Positions 39,397 through 49,046 of a stretch of DNA of 64,000 nucleotides are shown piece after piece. The position numbers and the translations under genes are program-made. The notes below the pieces were generated by a model. That model saw only the letters and a list, made by a program, of their open reading frames with translations, had not been told where the DNA came from and ran no database searches. Each line of letters starts with the position of its first letter. Within the stretch, counting starts at the first letter, position 1. The stretch is from Lacibacter sp. (GTDB taxonomy: Bacteria; Bacteroidota; Bacteroidia; Chitinophagales; Chitinophagaceae), in assembly GCA_046593655.1 (NCBI GenBank), contig JBKJNM010000089.1, positions 3,375-67,374 on the forward strand, given 5' to 3'.

Positions 39397-41277
39397 TTAT
39401 ACATTTACAATCAATACCGGAATATCCAGTTCATGTCTTACAGCTTCAATCGTTTCACCAAATACATAATCTTTTAAACCTTTATGACGGTGGGCACCCA
39501 TGATCAACAGATCGGCTTTACTTTCTTTTACAATGCGAACAATTTCTTTGATGCGGCTTTTATATCCAAGTGCTGTGGAAACTTGATAGCCTTGTTTCAA
39601 CATTGTTGCAGCATAGTATTTAAGACGTTCACGGTCAATCCGTGTTTCGTAGTCATCCGTATTATCGCCCAGCAATCGGGCAGGCGCTGTTTCAACAATA
39701 TGTAAGAAGATATAAGCTGCCTCCTTTCTTCCCTGGTTCAATGCATAGGCAATAAGCTTTTCATCATTCTCAGAAAAGTCAAGCGATACAGCAATTCTTT
39801 TTACTTCAGGTACAACAAGATTTGACAAAGAAGGAATTTCGCCATGCATTTTAATACTGTCTTTGCGGGTTTGTTTGCGGATCAGTGGCAATAATGTCAT
39901 GGTTAAAAACAACCACACAAATCCAAGAGCAATGATTGGTATAAAGATCTTCCAGAAGAGCATCCCTTCCTGGTTATAGACAACCATGATTTCCTGCGTC
40001 ACTAAACGCACATTTAAAAATACAAGAATAACAGCAATGAGCCAGGCTGCAATTTTTACCCAGAGCTTAATAGCAAACTCACCCATCGTTTTTTTATCAC
40101 TTACAAAATGAATGAGCGGTATAACGGCAAAGCCTAACTGTAAACTTAAAATCACCTGGCTGAAAACAAGTAAGTCATCAATTTTTTCTTCACCATAAAT
40201 AAGAATCACAATGATAGCAGGAACGATGGCAATTAAACGGGTCATTAAACGACGTAAAAGCGGATTGATACGAATGTGTAAATATCCTTCCATTACAATT
40301 TGCCCGGCTAATGTACCTGTGATGGTGCTGCTTTGCCCGGCAGCTATCAATGCAACTGCAAAGAGGATAGGAGCCAGTTGAGTGCCAAGTAGTGGCGCCA
40401 ATAACTGATGTGCATCTTCAATCCTTGCAACCTGTGTATTACCTGTTTTAAAGAAAACAGTTGCAGCCAAAACTAAAATGGCAGTGTTTACAAAGAAGGC
40501 TGCATTTAAAGCGATGGTACTGTCAATAAAATTAAACTTCAATGCCCGCCTGATGCTTTGTTTATCTTCCCCGATCTTTCTTGTTTGCACCAGCGCCGAG
40601 TGTAAATACAAATTATGCGGCATTACAGTAGCACCGATGATACCCACAGCAATATATAATGCCTGGTTGCTTAATGCTGTTGGTATCAACCCCAGTGCCA
40701 CCTCCGGTAAAGAAGGTTTGGCGATAATGATCTCAATTAAAAAAGAACTTCCAATAATAACCACCAGGGCAATGATGAAGGCTTCCAATTTCCTGATGCC
40801 ATAATTCTGCAGCCATAGTAATAGCAAGGTGTCAAAAACGGTAATGCTAACACCCCACATGAGGGGAAGCCCTGTTAACAGGTAAATACCTAAGGCCATA
40901 CCAATTACTTCAGCAAGATCGCATGCAGCAATGGCAATCTCTGCCAGTATGTATAAACAAAAATTAACGACTGGCGGATATACTTCACGGTTGGCCTGTG
41001 CCAGGTCCCTTCTGCGAACGATACCCAACCTTGCACTTAAACTTTGGAGCAGTAACGCCATGAGATTGCTCATCAACAAAACCCAAATGAGTTGATAGCC
41101 AAATTTTGCACCACCCTGTAAATCGGTTGCCCAATTGCCGGGGTCCATATAACCAACGCTTACAAGATATGCCGGTCCTGCATAGGCCAAAATTCTTCTC
41201 CAGCCCTTTTGTGGTTTGGTTGTGTCAACTGTGCCATGTACTTCACTAAGCGACGTATCAGTATGCTTTATTTTCAT
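39397..41277 (-). CDS. mntH: Nramp Mn2+/Fe2+ transporter with C-terminal universal stress protein (USP) domain
   Basis: VGYMDPGNW, MPHNLYLHS, QVILSLQL; C-terminal RIAVSLDFS...LLIMGAH...VFGETIEAVRHELDIPVLIV. Confidence 0.93.
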   Translation of the reverse strand: MKIKHTDTSLSEVHGTVDTTKPQKGWRRILAYAGPAYLVSVGYMDPGNWATDLQGGAKFGYQLIWVLLMSNLMALLLQSLSARLGIVRRRDLAQANREVYPPVVNFCLYILAEIAIAACDLAEVIGMALGIYLLTGLPLMWGVSITVFDTLLLLWLQNYGIRKLEAFIIALVVIIGSSFLIEIIIAKPSLPEVALGLIPTALSNQALYIAVGIIGATVMPHNLYLHSALVQTRKIGEDKQSIRRALKFNFIDSTIALNAAFFVNTAILVLAATVFFKTGNTQVARIEDAHQLLAPLLGTQLAPILFAVALIAAGQSSTITGTLAGQIVMEGYLHIRINPLLRRLMTRLIAIVPAIIVILIYGEEKIDDLLVFSQVILSLQLGFAVIPLIHFVSDKKTMGEFAIKLWVKIAAWLIAVILVFLNVRLVTQEIMVVYNQEGMLFWKIFIPIIALGFVWLFLTMTLLPLIRKQTRKDSIKMHGEIPSLSNLVVPEVKRIAVSLDFSENDEKLIAYALNQGRKEAAYIFLHIVETAPARLLGDNTDDYETRIDRERLKYYAATMLKQGYQVSTALGYKSRIKEIVRIVKESKADLLIMGAHRHKGLKDYVFGETIEAVRHELDIPVLIVNV

Positions 41278-41280
41278 AGG

Positions 41281-41940
41281 TTAGATAAGGTTTACAAAAA
41301 TGTTTTTGGCCAACTGTTCACTGAGGGTGATTAATGGTTGATTACGGATCTTTATTTCAAGCGAACTATCAAATAAAAAACGTTGTTTAATTTCCAGTTT
41401 TGTTCCGATTCCGATTTTTTTCTGCCGCAACATTTCAAGCAGTCCACTACTTTGATCTCCAACGCCGGTTACAATCGCCTGCTGTTGTTCTTTTAATTGA
41501 TGCAGGCTGATATGGTTGGCGGCTTCCATCCGGCCACTGCTGTCAGGAATCGGATCGCCATGCGGATCAGCTTTGGGGTAACCAAGAAAATGATCCAGCC
41601 TTTCAATCAGATCATTGCTGCTTACATGCTCCAGCTCTTCTGCAATGGCATGCACGGCATCCCATTCAAATTTTAATTTCTCTACTAAAAAAAATTCCCA
41701 TAACCTGTGACGACGAACGATGTTTAATGCTAATTTCTTCCCTTCTGCATTTAGTTTTACGCCATAGTAAGGTTCATAATGGAGGAGTTTTTTCTCTTTC
41801 AGTCGTTTGAGCATATCCGTTACAGAAGCTGGTTTGGTTTGCAACTCGGCCGACAGTTCATTGGTTGTAACATTACTGTCGGTTTGCTGTAAACGCCAAA
41901 TGGCTTTAATGTAGTTTTCTTCCGCAATAGAAAAATTCAT
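41281..41940 (-). CDS. mntR: DtxR/MntR family metal-dependent regulator with FeoA-like C-terminus
   Basis: EENYIKAI, ASVTDMLKRL, RRHRLWEFFL, AEELEH, DPHGDPIP. Confidence 0.93.
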   Translation of the reverse strand: MNFSIAEENYIKAIWRLQQTDSNVTTNELSAELQTKPASVTDMLKRLKEKKLLHYEPYYGVKLNAEGKKLALNIVRRHRLWEFFLVEKLKFEWDAVHAIAEELEHVSSNDLIERLDHFLGYPKADPHGDPIPDSSGRMEAANHISLHQLKEQQQAIVTGVGDQSSGLLEMLRQKKIGIGTKLEIKQRFLFDSSLEIKIRNQPLITLSEQLAKNIFVNLI

Positions 41941-41957
41941 ACCGTATGAAATTATAA

Positions 41958-41973
41958 TTTAGACAAATCTAAA
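41958..41973. promoter_or_regulatory. Putative MntR operator overlapping the -7 promoter element
   Basis: TTTAGA-CAAA-TCTAAA inverted repeat; minus strand 41971-41964 reads TAGATTTG (TAnnTTTG). Confidence 0.75.
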
Positions 41974-42061
41974 AAAAAAAATTAAACCAGGCTTAATTTT
42001 GGAGAGAATTTTGATTCACAGTCAAAAACTTTACTTTTAAGTACTTTTCACAATTGGTCAT

Positions 42062-43030
42062 ATGAATAAAAAATGGATGTGGTTGTTGTTGTTTGTTGTG
42101 TTTATTGCCTGCAAAAACAAAAAGAATAAGGCAATTACTGATGAAGATCTAACGGCTGCTGATTTTATTAGCCTTGCATCTCCACTTCCTTTCCCTATCC
42201 TCATCAATGATGCTATGCTTAATAAAAAGGAAAAGGATTCTTCTCTTATTAACCAGGCTGCCTTTCAAACATACATCCCCGATACAGTTTTTAAAAAACT
42301 ATATCCCAACACCAAACAATTAAAACTTTATCTCATAGGTAAAGCAACCGACGAAGAGAAAAGAAACTACATCGTTGTGAAATCCATTCTTGATAAAACA
42401 AGAAAAGTGCAATTGTTTTACTTTGATAAGGAATCAGCGTTTTTATCGGCCATTGACATCAGCAACTATATGCCCAAAGGCCTGGGACCAAAATATTGCA
42501 GAATCGATAATAAATTCAATATTTCCTTTATACAGGAATTAAAAACTCCTACGGGTGAATTATGGACCAATGAATCCATTTATTATATGGATGCAACGGG
42601 GCAGTTTATCATGGCCATGACGAACAGTACTGAAGATTTGAGCGATGTGATCATGGGTAATCCTATAGATACCTTTGCCCGCAAGAATAAATATTCAGCC
42701 GACTATACAAGCGATAAAAAAAACTTGGTGTCTATACGTGATGGGGTATCAGCAAAAGCCTTTCAATTCTTTATCCACTTCAGCAAGCAAAACGGCCAAT
42801 GTGCCGGCGAAGTAAAAGGGGAAGCTGAGTGGATTGCTCAAAACAAAGGCATTTTTCGTGATGCTGACAGCGATTGTGTAATTGAATTTAATTTCAATAA
42901 TTCTTCAGTCAATATCAAAGAACAGAACGGTTGTGGTTCTTACAGGGGCATTACCTGTTTCTTTGAAGGATCTTATCCTAAGAAGAGGGAGCCTGTTCAA
43001 CCTAAACAAAAATTAAAAAAGAAAAAATGA
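42062..43030 (+). CDS. Hypothetical lipoprotein
   Basis: Lipobox FIAC; C-terminal beta domain with four Cys. Confidence 0.8.
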   Translation: MNKKWMWLLLFVVFIACKNKKNKAITDEDLTAADFISLASPLPFPILINDAMLNKKEKDSSLINQAAFQTYIPDTVFKKLYPNTKQLKLYLIGKATDEEKRNYIVVKSILDKTRKVQLFYFDKESAFLSAIDISNYMPKGLGPKYCRIDNKFNISFIQELKTPTGELWTNESIYYMDATGQFIMAMTNSTEDLSDVIMGNPIDTFARKNKYSADYTSDKKNLVSIRDGVSAKAFQFFIHFSKQNGQCAGEVKGEAEWIAQNKGIFRDADSDCVIEFNFNNSSVNIKEQNGCGSYRGITCFFEGSYPKKREPVQPKQKLKKKK

Positions 43031-43419
43031 ATGATCGTACTTTAATCAGCTCAGGATCTCCATGGGAAGATGTGGTAGGTTATTCAAGGGCTGTAAAAGT
43101 GGGCAATCTTGTTGAAGTTGCCGGCACAACAGCCGTTGATGGAGATGAGTTGATAGGAGAGGGCAGTGTATATAAACAAACAAAATTCATTTTTCAAAAA
43201 ATAGGAAAAGCGCTTATACAGGCTGGTTCTGCGCTAGAGCATGTAGTACGTACAAGGATGTTTATCACTGATATTTCAAAATGGGAAGAGGCTGGTAAAG
43301 CACACGGTGAAGTGTTTCAAAAAATTAAACCGGCTTCAACAATGGTAGAAGTTTCGGGCTTAATTGATTCCCGTTTACTCATTGAAATAGAGGTAACCGC
43401 AATAATACCAAACGATTGA
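43027..43419 (+). CDS. RidA/YjgF family protein
   Basis: SSGSPWEDVVGYSRAVKVG, AGTTA, VVRTRMF, PASTMVEV..LIEIE; ATGA overlap with the upstream gene. Confidence 0.92.
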   Translation: MNDRTLISSGSPWEDVVGYSRAVKVGNLVEVAGTTAVDGDELIGEGSVYKQTKFIFQKIGKALIQAGSALEHVVRTRMFITDISKWEEAGKAHGEVFQKIKPASTMVEVSGLIDSRLLIEIEVTAIIPND

Positions 43420-43503
43420 TGTGAACAATCGAAGTGCCCCAAAAAGGCTCATTTAAAATTTTCCATTTATATTGCGAACCCTTTAGCAAACTAACTCAGT
43501 ATT

Positions 43504-45156
43504 ATGACGTTTAATAATTTTAAAGTTCCCTATCAGTCAGATAATGCCTATTCAAAAAAAGTTGCCTACTTCTCTATGGAGTTTGCAATCCATCAGCCAT
43601 TAAAAATTTATAGTGGCGGCCTCGGTTTTTTAGCAGGATCGCATATGCGCAGTGCTTATGAACTGAAACAAAATTTAATTGGTATTGGTATTTTGTGGAA
43701 GTATGGATATTACGACCAGGCCCGCAACCAGGATCAAACATTACAAGTGCAGTGGAATGAAAAAATTTATAATTTTTTAGAAGATACAGGCCTCAAATTC
43801 CAGATCAATATACACGAACATCCTGTTTGGGTAAAAGCGTGGTATCTCAATCCGGAAACATTCAAGAGCGCCCCGATGTTTTTACTGAGTACCGATTTGC
43901 CGGAGAACGATTATGTTTCTCAAACCATTTCCCATCGTTTGTATGATGCAAATGTTGCCACCAAAGTTGCCCAGTTTATTTTGTTGGGAGTAGGAGGTGC
44001 CAAACTCATTGATGAATTGGGGTTTAAACCAGATGTGTACCACCTCAATGAAGCACATGCAATTTCTTCTGCGTTTTATTTGTATAAGAAATTTGAAAAT
44101 ATTGATGAAGTAAAGAAACGACTTGTATTTACAACACATACACCTGAAGAAGCAGGTAATGAAAAACACGACATTCATTTATGTGAGAAAATGAGTTATT
44201 TCTGCGGTATTCCTTTGAGCGAAGTAAGGAAGCTCACCGGTATTCATGATGATCAGTTCAATCATTCATTAGCAGCATTAAGGTTTGCAAGAAATGCAAA
44301 TGGCGTAAGTGCATTGCATGGAGAAGTGAGTCGTAAAATGTGGAGCCATTACCAGGATATTGCTCCCATCACCAGCATTACCAATGCTCAGAACTGGAGA
44401 TACTGGGCCGATAAGCAATTGTATTTTTCAATGGATGAACACAATGATGAACGTTTTGATGACCGTAAAAAATATTTAAAGAAAAGGGCATTTGATTTGG
44501 TTGCTGATCAAACAGGAAAACTGTTTGATCCAAATATTCTAACTATTGTATGGGCCCGGCGTTTTGCCGGTTACAAAAGAGCGGAGTTAATTACAAGAGA
44601 CCTTGATCGTTTTAATGCTTTGCTCAGCAGTAAAAAATATCCCGTTCAAATCATTTGGGCTGGCAAGCCTTACCCTGTTGATTATCCGGCCATCAGTGAT
44701 TTTAATAACCTTGTACACCTCAGTAAAAATTATAAGAATATTGCTGTATGTACCGGTTATGAATTGTCATTGAGCAAACGCCTGAAGCAGGCATCGGATG
44801 TATGGTTGAACAACCCCCGTGTGCCACGTGAAGCAAGCGGCACCAGTGGTATGACAGCAGCCATGAATGGTGCCGTGAACGTTAGTACATTTGATGGTTG
44901 GATCTGCGAATTTGCGAACCATGGTAACAACAGTTTTATTGTTCCGCCTATTGATTACAGTGCAGTGCATGTTCAGGAGCAGGATCAGTATGATCTTGAC
45001 CAACTGTATGAAATATTGGAAAACCAGATTCTGCCCATGTACTACGATAATTACAATGTGTGGCGCCAAATTACCCAGAATGGTATGAGAGATGTACGTT
45101 TCCAGTTCGACAGTAACAGGATGGCAGATGAATATTACAAATTGATGTATAAATAA
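43504..45156 (+). CDS. glgP: Alpha-glucan phosphorylase
   Basis: YFSMEFAI, YSGGLGFLAG, HLNEAH, VWARRFAGYKRA, PLP-site EASGTSGMTAAMNG. Confidence 0.93.
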   Translation: MTFNNFKVPYQSDNAYSKKVAYFSMEFAIHQPLKIYSGGLGFLAGSHMRSAYELKQNLIGIGILWKYGYYDQARNQDQTLQVQWNEKIYNFLEDTGLKFQINIHEHPVWVKAWYLNPETFKSAPMFLLSTDLPENDYVSQTISHRLYDANVATKVAQFILLGVGGAKLIDELGFKPDVYHLNEAHAISSAFYLYKKFENIDEVKKRLVFTTHTPEEAGNEKHDIHLCEKMSYFCGIPLSEVRKLTGIHDDQFNHSLAALRFARNANGVSALHGEVSRKMWSHYQDIAPITSITNAQNWRYWADKQLYFSMDEHNDERFDDRKKYLKKRAFDLVADQTGKLFDPNILTIVWARRFAGYKRAELITRDLDRFNALLSSKKYPVQIIWAGKPYPVDYPAISDFNNLVHLSKNYKNIAVCTGYELSLSKRLKQASDVWLNNPRVPREASGTSGMTAAMNGAVNVSTFDGWICEFANHGNNSFIVPPIDYSAVHVQEQDQYDLDQLYEILENQILPMYYDNYNVWRQITQNGMRDVRFQFDSNRMADEYYKLMYK

Positions 45157-45180
45157 AAATATAAAGTAGTCAACTAACAC

Positions 45181-45209
45181 AAACCCCAACGGCAACGTAG
45201 GGGTTTTTT
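45181..45209 (+). terminator. Intrinsic terminator of glgP
   Basis: AAACCCCAACG-GCAA-CGTAGGGGTTTTTT. Confidence 0.8.
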
Positions 45210-45224
45210 AATTATTTTTAGTGT

Positions 45225-45659
45225 ATGACTCAATATACAAAAATATTTGAATTACGTTGGGCCGATGTAGATGCCAATTTACATGTGATGCATTCTAAAT
45301 ACTATGAAATTGGTGCTCATACACGTTTGAGTTTTTTAGGTGAGCAGGGATTTACACTTGATGTGATGAGGGAATTAAAGATTGGCCCGATCTTATTCAG
45401 AGAAGAATGTGTGTTTAAACGTGAAATCAATGCTGGAGAAATCATTGCTGTAAATATGTTGCTCACCAAATGCAGGCGTGATGGATCGAGATGGAGTACT
45501 AAACATGAGTTGAAAAAAGAAGATGGAACCATTGCAGCGCTCATTAACGCTGATCTTGCATGGTTAGACGTCATCAAACGAAAACTCACCATACCTCCAC
45601 TGGCGGCAGCGTTGATTGAGAAAATTCCTAAGGCAACTGATTTTGAATACAGCGATTAA
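45225..45659 (+). CDS. Acyl-CoA thioesterase (4HBT/YbgC-like hotdog fold)
   Basis: LRWADVDANLHV, GPILFREECVFKREI. Confidence 0.85.
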   Translation: MTQYTKIFELRWADVDANLHVMHSKYYEIGAHTRLSFLGEQGFTLDVMRELKIGPILFREECVFKREINAGEIIAVNMLLTKCRRDGSRWSTKHELKKEDGTIAALINADLAWLDVIKRKLTIPPLAAALIEKIPKATDFEYSD

Positions 45660-47555
45660 TTAATCTGTCAATTCACTCAATTCAAGCCAGCGCATTTCTT
45701 TTTCATCAAGCAGGGTTGTTATTTGAGCAATACGATTCGATAGTTTTTGTAATTCATCAAAGGGAAGGTTGCCATTATTGAGTTGATTGCTGATACTCAC
45801 CTTTTCAGCAGATAAGTTTTCAATTTCTTTCTGCAAATTTTCAAACTCTCTTTTTTCTTTAAAGTTGAATCGTTTTTTTGCCTCGATCGTTGCTGGCTGC
45901 TGTTCAATGGCAATAGTTTTCTTTTCAACCAACGGGTCACCCCTGATATCCATCATCTTTTCCTGTTCTTTTTGCCACAACCTGAGCTGTGCATAGTTGC
46001 CGGGAAAGTCTCTTACCACAGCATCGCCTTCAAACACAAACAAATGATCAACCAACCGATCCATAAAATAACGGTCGTGACTTATTATCAATAAACAGCC
46101 GGGAAATTCGCTCAAAAAATTTTCAAGTACTGCAAGTGTAGGTAGATCGAGATCATTTGTAGGTTCATCTAATATCAGGAAGTTAGGGTTGCGGAAAAGG
46201 ATAGATAATAAGTGTAATCTTCTCTTTTCTCCACCGCTTAATTTTGAGATATAAGTGTATTGTTTATCGGGATCAAATAAAAACAGTTGCAGGAATTGGG
46301 CAGCGCTTAATGAACCGCCCGATGCTAAGGGGAAATTTTCAGCGATGTCTTTTACAAATTCAATGACCCGTTTATCTTCTTTTACCTCTAATCCTTTTTG
46401 CGAATAGTTGCCGAAGATGATGGTATCACCAATATTGATTTTGCCACTATCCGGTTCTTGTATTCCCTGGATGATATCAATAAAGGTTGATTTACCTGCA
46501 CCATTCTTTCCTACCACACCAACACGTTCGCCTTTTTTAAACGTGTAATCAAATCCTGCAAGGATTTTTTTATTGCCGAAGCTTTTATAAATTTTTTTCA
46601 TCTCCACCACTTTGCCACCCAGCCTGTTCATCTTCATACTCAGTTGCACCTGCTGATCTTCAATTTGTTTTTTGGCTCTTGCTTCTACTTCATAAAAATT
46701 ATCCTGTCTGGATTTGCTTTTAGTTGTTCTTGCTTTTGGTTGTTTCCGCATCCACTCGAGTTCTTTACGGTACGTATTTTTTGCTTTGTCAATACTTGCA
46801 AGATCACTTTCAATACGGGCGGTTTTCTTTTCCAAATAGTTTTCATAATCGCCTTTGTATTCATAGAGATTATCTCCTTCCAGTTCCCATACTTCAGTAC
46901 AAACGGTATCAAGAAAATAGCGGTCGTGGGTTACAAGCAACAGTGTAATATTTTCTTTGCTCAAATAATGTTCCAGCCATTCCACCATTTCCACATCCAG
47001 ATGGTTGGTAGGTTCATCCATGATGAGGAGTACATGTTTATGATCAAAACCAATATCAATCAGTGTTCGTGCCAATGCCACCCGTTTACGCTGCCCGCCC
47101 GATAAGGTGCCTGCCAACTGCTGGAGTTCATGAACATTCAGTTTGCCCAATATCTGTTTTACTTTGCTGTCAAAGTCCCATGCATCCAGCTCATCCATTT
47201 TAATGATGGCGGCATTGAGTTTTTGCTCATCATAGTTTTCACTGATGGCTTCATATTCCTTAATGGCATTGATCACGGGATGATTGTGCTGAAAAATATT
47301 ATCAAGGATCGATTTGCTTTCATCAAACTGCGGTTCCTGTTCAAACAAAGCAATATCCACATCTTTGTTAATGCGGCATTTGCCTTCATCCGCCGTTTCT
47401 TTACCGGCCAAAATTTTTAATAAAGTTGATTTACCCGAACCATTCCTGGCAACGAGAGCAATCTTATCGCCTTCTTCAATGTGAAATGAAATACCTGAGA
47501 ACAAAGGTTGAATACCGTAACTTTTTGTTAAACCCTCAACAGAAACATAATGCAT
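45660..47555 (-). CDS. ABC-F family ATPase (Uup-like)
   Basis: Two NBDs (ARNGSGKST/LSGGQ; GKNGAGKST/LSGGE), DEPTNHLD and DEPTNDLD, C-terminal coiled coil; likely start MHYV at 47555. Confidence 0.94.
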   Translation of the reverse strand: MHYVSVEGLTKSYGIQPLFSGISFHIEEGDKIALVARNGSGKSTLLKILAGKETADEGKCRINKDVDIALFEQEPQFDESKSILDNIFQHNHPVINAIKEYEAISENYDEQKLNAAIIKMDELDAWDFDSKVKQILGKLNVHELQQLAGTLSGGQRKRVALARTLIDIGFDHKHVLLIMDEPTNHLDVEMVEWLEHYLSKENITLLLVTHDRYFLDTVCTEVWELEGDNLYEYKGDYENYLEKKTARIESDLASIDKAKNTYRKELEWMRKQPKARTTKSKSRQDNFYEVEARAKKQIEDQQVQLSMKMNRLGGKVVEMKKIYKSFGNKKILAGFDYTFKKGERVGVVGKNGAGKSTFIDIIQGIQEPDSGKINIGDTIIFGNYSQKGLEVKEDKRVIEFVKDIAENFPLASGGSLSAAQFLQLFLFDPDKQYTYISKLSGGEKRRLHLLSILFRNPNFLILDEPTNDLDLPTLAVLENFLSEFPGCLLIISHDRYFMDRLVDHLFVFEGDAVVRDFPGNYAQLRLWQKEQEKMMDIRGDPLVEKKTIAIEQQPATIEAKKRFNFKEKREFENLQKEIENLSAEKVSISNQLNNGNLPFDELQKLSNRIAQITTLLDEKEMRWLELSELTD

Positions 47556-47559
47556 GCTG

Positions 47560-47567
47560 CAAAGATA
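47560..47567 (-). promoter_or_regulatory. -7 element of the ABC-F gene
   Basis: TATCTTTG then CAGC then ATG (4-nt gap). Confidence 0.7.
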
Positions 47568-47655
47568 AGTGAGTCGTGCTGAAGGGCTGTGCAGCAAAAA
47601 CAAAAGTTGTTTCCAATAGAGAGGAAACAACTTTTGAAGAATGAAAAAGGGTACT

Positions 47656-48216
47656 TTATTTTTTAGGTAATAATACTGCATCAATTACATGCACTACGCC
47701 ATTACCTGCAGTAAGATCGGCTGCAGTTACGTTTGCACCATTAATGGTTACTTTGCCATCTTTAATTGCAACAGTTAATTCAGCACCGTTTACTGTTTTG
47801 AGTTTCTGACCATCTTTCAGATCAGCAGCTTTTAAGGAACCGGACACTACATGGTAAGTTAAAATTCCTGTAAGTGTAGCTTTGCTTTCCGGCTTTAATA
47901 AATTGTCAAGCGTTCCGGCCGGTAATTTATCAAATGCCGCATTGGTAGGAGCAAATACCGTGAATGGACCTGCACCGCTTAATGTTTCAACAAGACCCGC
48001 TGCTTTTAAAGCGGCAACCAATGTTGAATGATCGGCCGAGCCAACTGCAATGTCAACAACTGTTGCAGGTGTTACAGGCGCAGCAACTGTATCAGTGGTT
48101 ACTTCTGTTTTCATGGTATCGCTTGTTGTTTCAGTTGTTTGCTCACCGCTTCCGCAGGAGCTCATCAATACTGCAATAGCTGCAGATGTCATCAAAGAGA
48201 GAAATGTTTTGTTCAT
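47656..48216 (-). CDS. Fasciclin (FAS1) domain lipoprotein
   Basis: Lipobox MSSC; FTVFAPTNAAF, ILTYHVV, NGVVHVIDAVLLP; likely start MNKT at 48216. Confidence 0.92.
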   Translation of the reverse strand: MNKTFLSLMTSAAIAVLMSSCGSGEQTTETTSDTMKTEVTTDTVAAPVTPATVVDIAVGSADHSTLVAALKAAGLVETLSGAGPFTVFAPTNAAFDKLPAGTLDNLLKPESKATLTGILTYHVVSGSLKAADLKDGQKLKTVNGAELTVAIKDGKVTINGANVTAADLTAGNGVVHVIDAVLLPKK

Positions 48217-48334
48217 AAAAATGTTTGTTTCGAAATAGAACAAGCATGATATAGATTAGTTTAACCGCTCATCAAAAATAAATGCATAACTGTGCAAGGA
48301 TTCTAAGTAAAGGAGAATAGATCATTCAACAAAC

Positions 48335-48979
48335 CTAATGACTTGCAAAATAGATGAGCAAACAAATAAGGATTGTGAGGAGAAGTATCCATACATTTTT
48401 CAGCTTCATCCAAAACTCTTTTTGTTTTTTTTGTTGAAGTACCTGTTCAATTTTCTTTAATAAGGGAGGGTGCGTATCAGCTAATTTCCTGAGTTGAGTT
48501 ATTGCTACACGGGTTTGGTTGTAAGGAAGGGGGGTGATTGCTTTTAATAAGGTACTGATGATTGATTGATGAATATCTGTTTCCTTCAACGCCAGTAATT
48601 GAAGAATCACATCGTTATTAAGCAGTGATGATATTCTGGCAGCAATGGCATCATAATCCATACGGTAAACATCCATCACAGCAATGGCTTTGTTCAATTC
48701 CAAACTTTTAATGAGAATATTGGGAGCTGTAATCATGTCCTGGCCAATCGTTTGTCCTTGTGCTTTGCTGAGCCAACGCTCCTGCAGGTAAGCTTCTTTT
48801 TTCCGTGGGTTGATCAATGTTTCATATGCTTCTTTGATTTCATTAAACCTCATCATGGAATAAGGCTCCTGGTTATTCTTATCGGGGTGATAGATCATCA
48901 CCAGTTTGCGGTAAGCCTGTTTAATTTCTGGAACAGTGGCCGTTACCGGTACATTTAGTATTGTATAATAATCTTTCAA
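48335..48979 (-). CDS. J-domain (DnaJ-type) protein with C-terminal membrane anchor
   Basis: KDYYTILNV, IKQAYRKL, HPD motif, hydrophobic C-terminus; TTG start. Confidence 0.88.
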   Translation of the reverse strand: MKDYYTILNVPVTATVPEIKQAYRKLVMIYHPDKNNQEPYSMMRFNEIKEAYETLINPRKKEAYLQERWLSKAQGQTIGQDMITAPNILIKSLELNKAIAVMDVYRMDYDAIAARISSLLNNDVILQLLALKETDIHQSIISTLLKAITPLPYNQTRVAITQLRKLADTHPPLLKKIEQVLQQKKQKEFWMKLKNVWILLLTILICLLIYFASH

Positions 48980-48984
48980 GCACG

Positions 48985-48992
48985 CAAAACTA
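48985..48992 (-). promoter_or_regulatory. -7 element of the J-domain gene
   Basis: TAGTTTTG then CGTGC then TTG start (5-nt gap). Confidence 0.55.
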
Positions 48993-49046
48993 AGGGGGAG
49001 CGGTAAAATAAACGCAACCTGCTGAAAATTGTTATTTTTAAACCTA

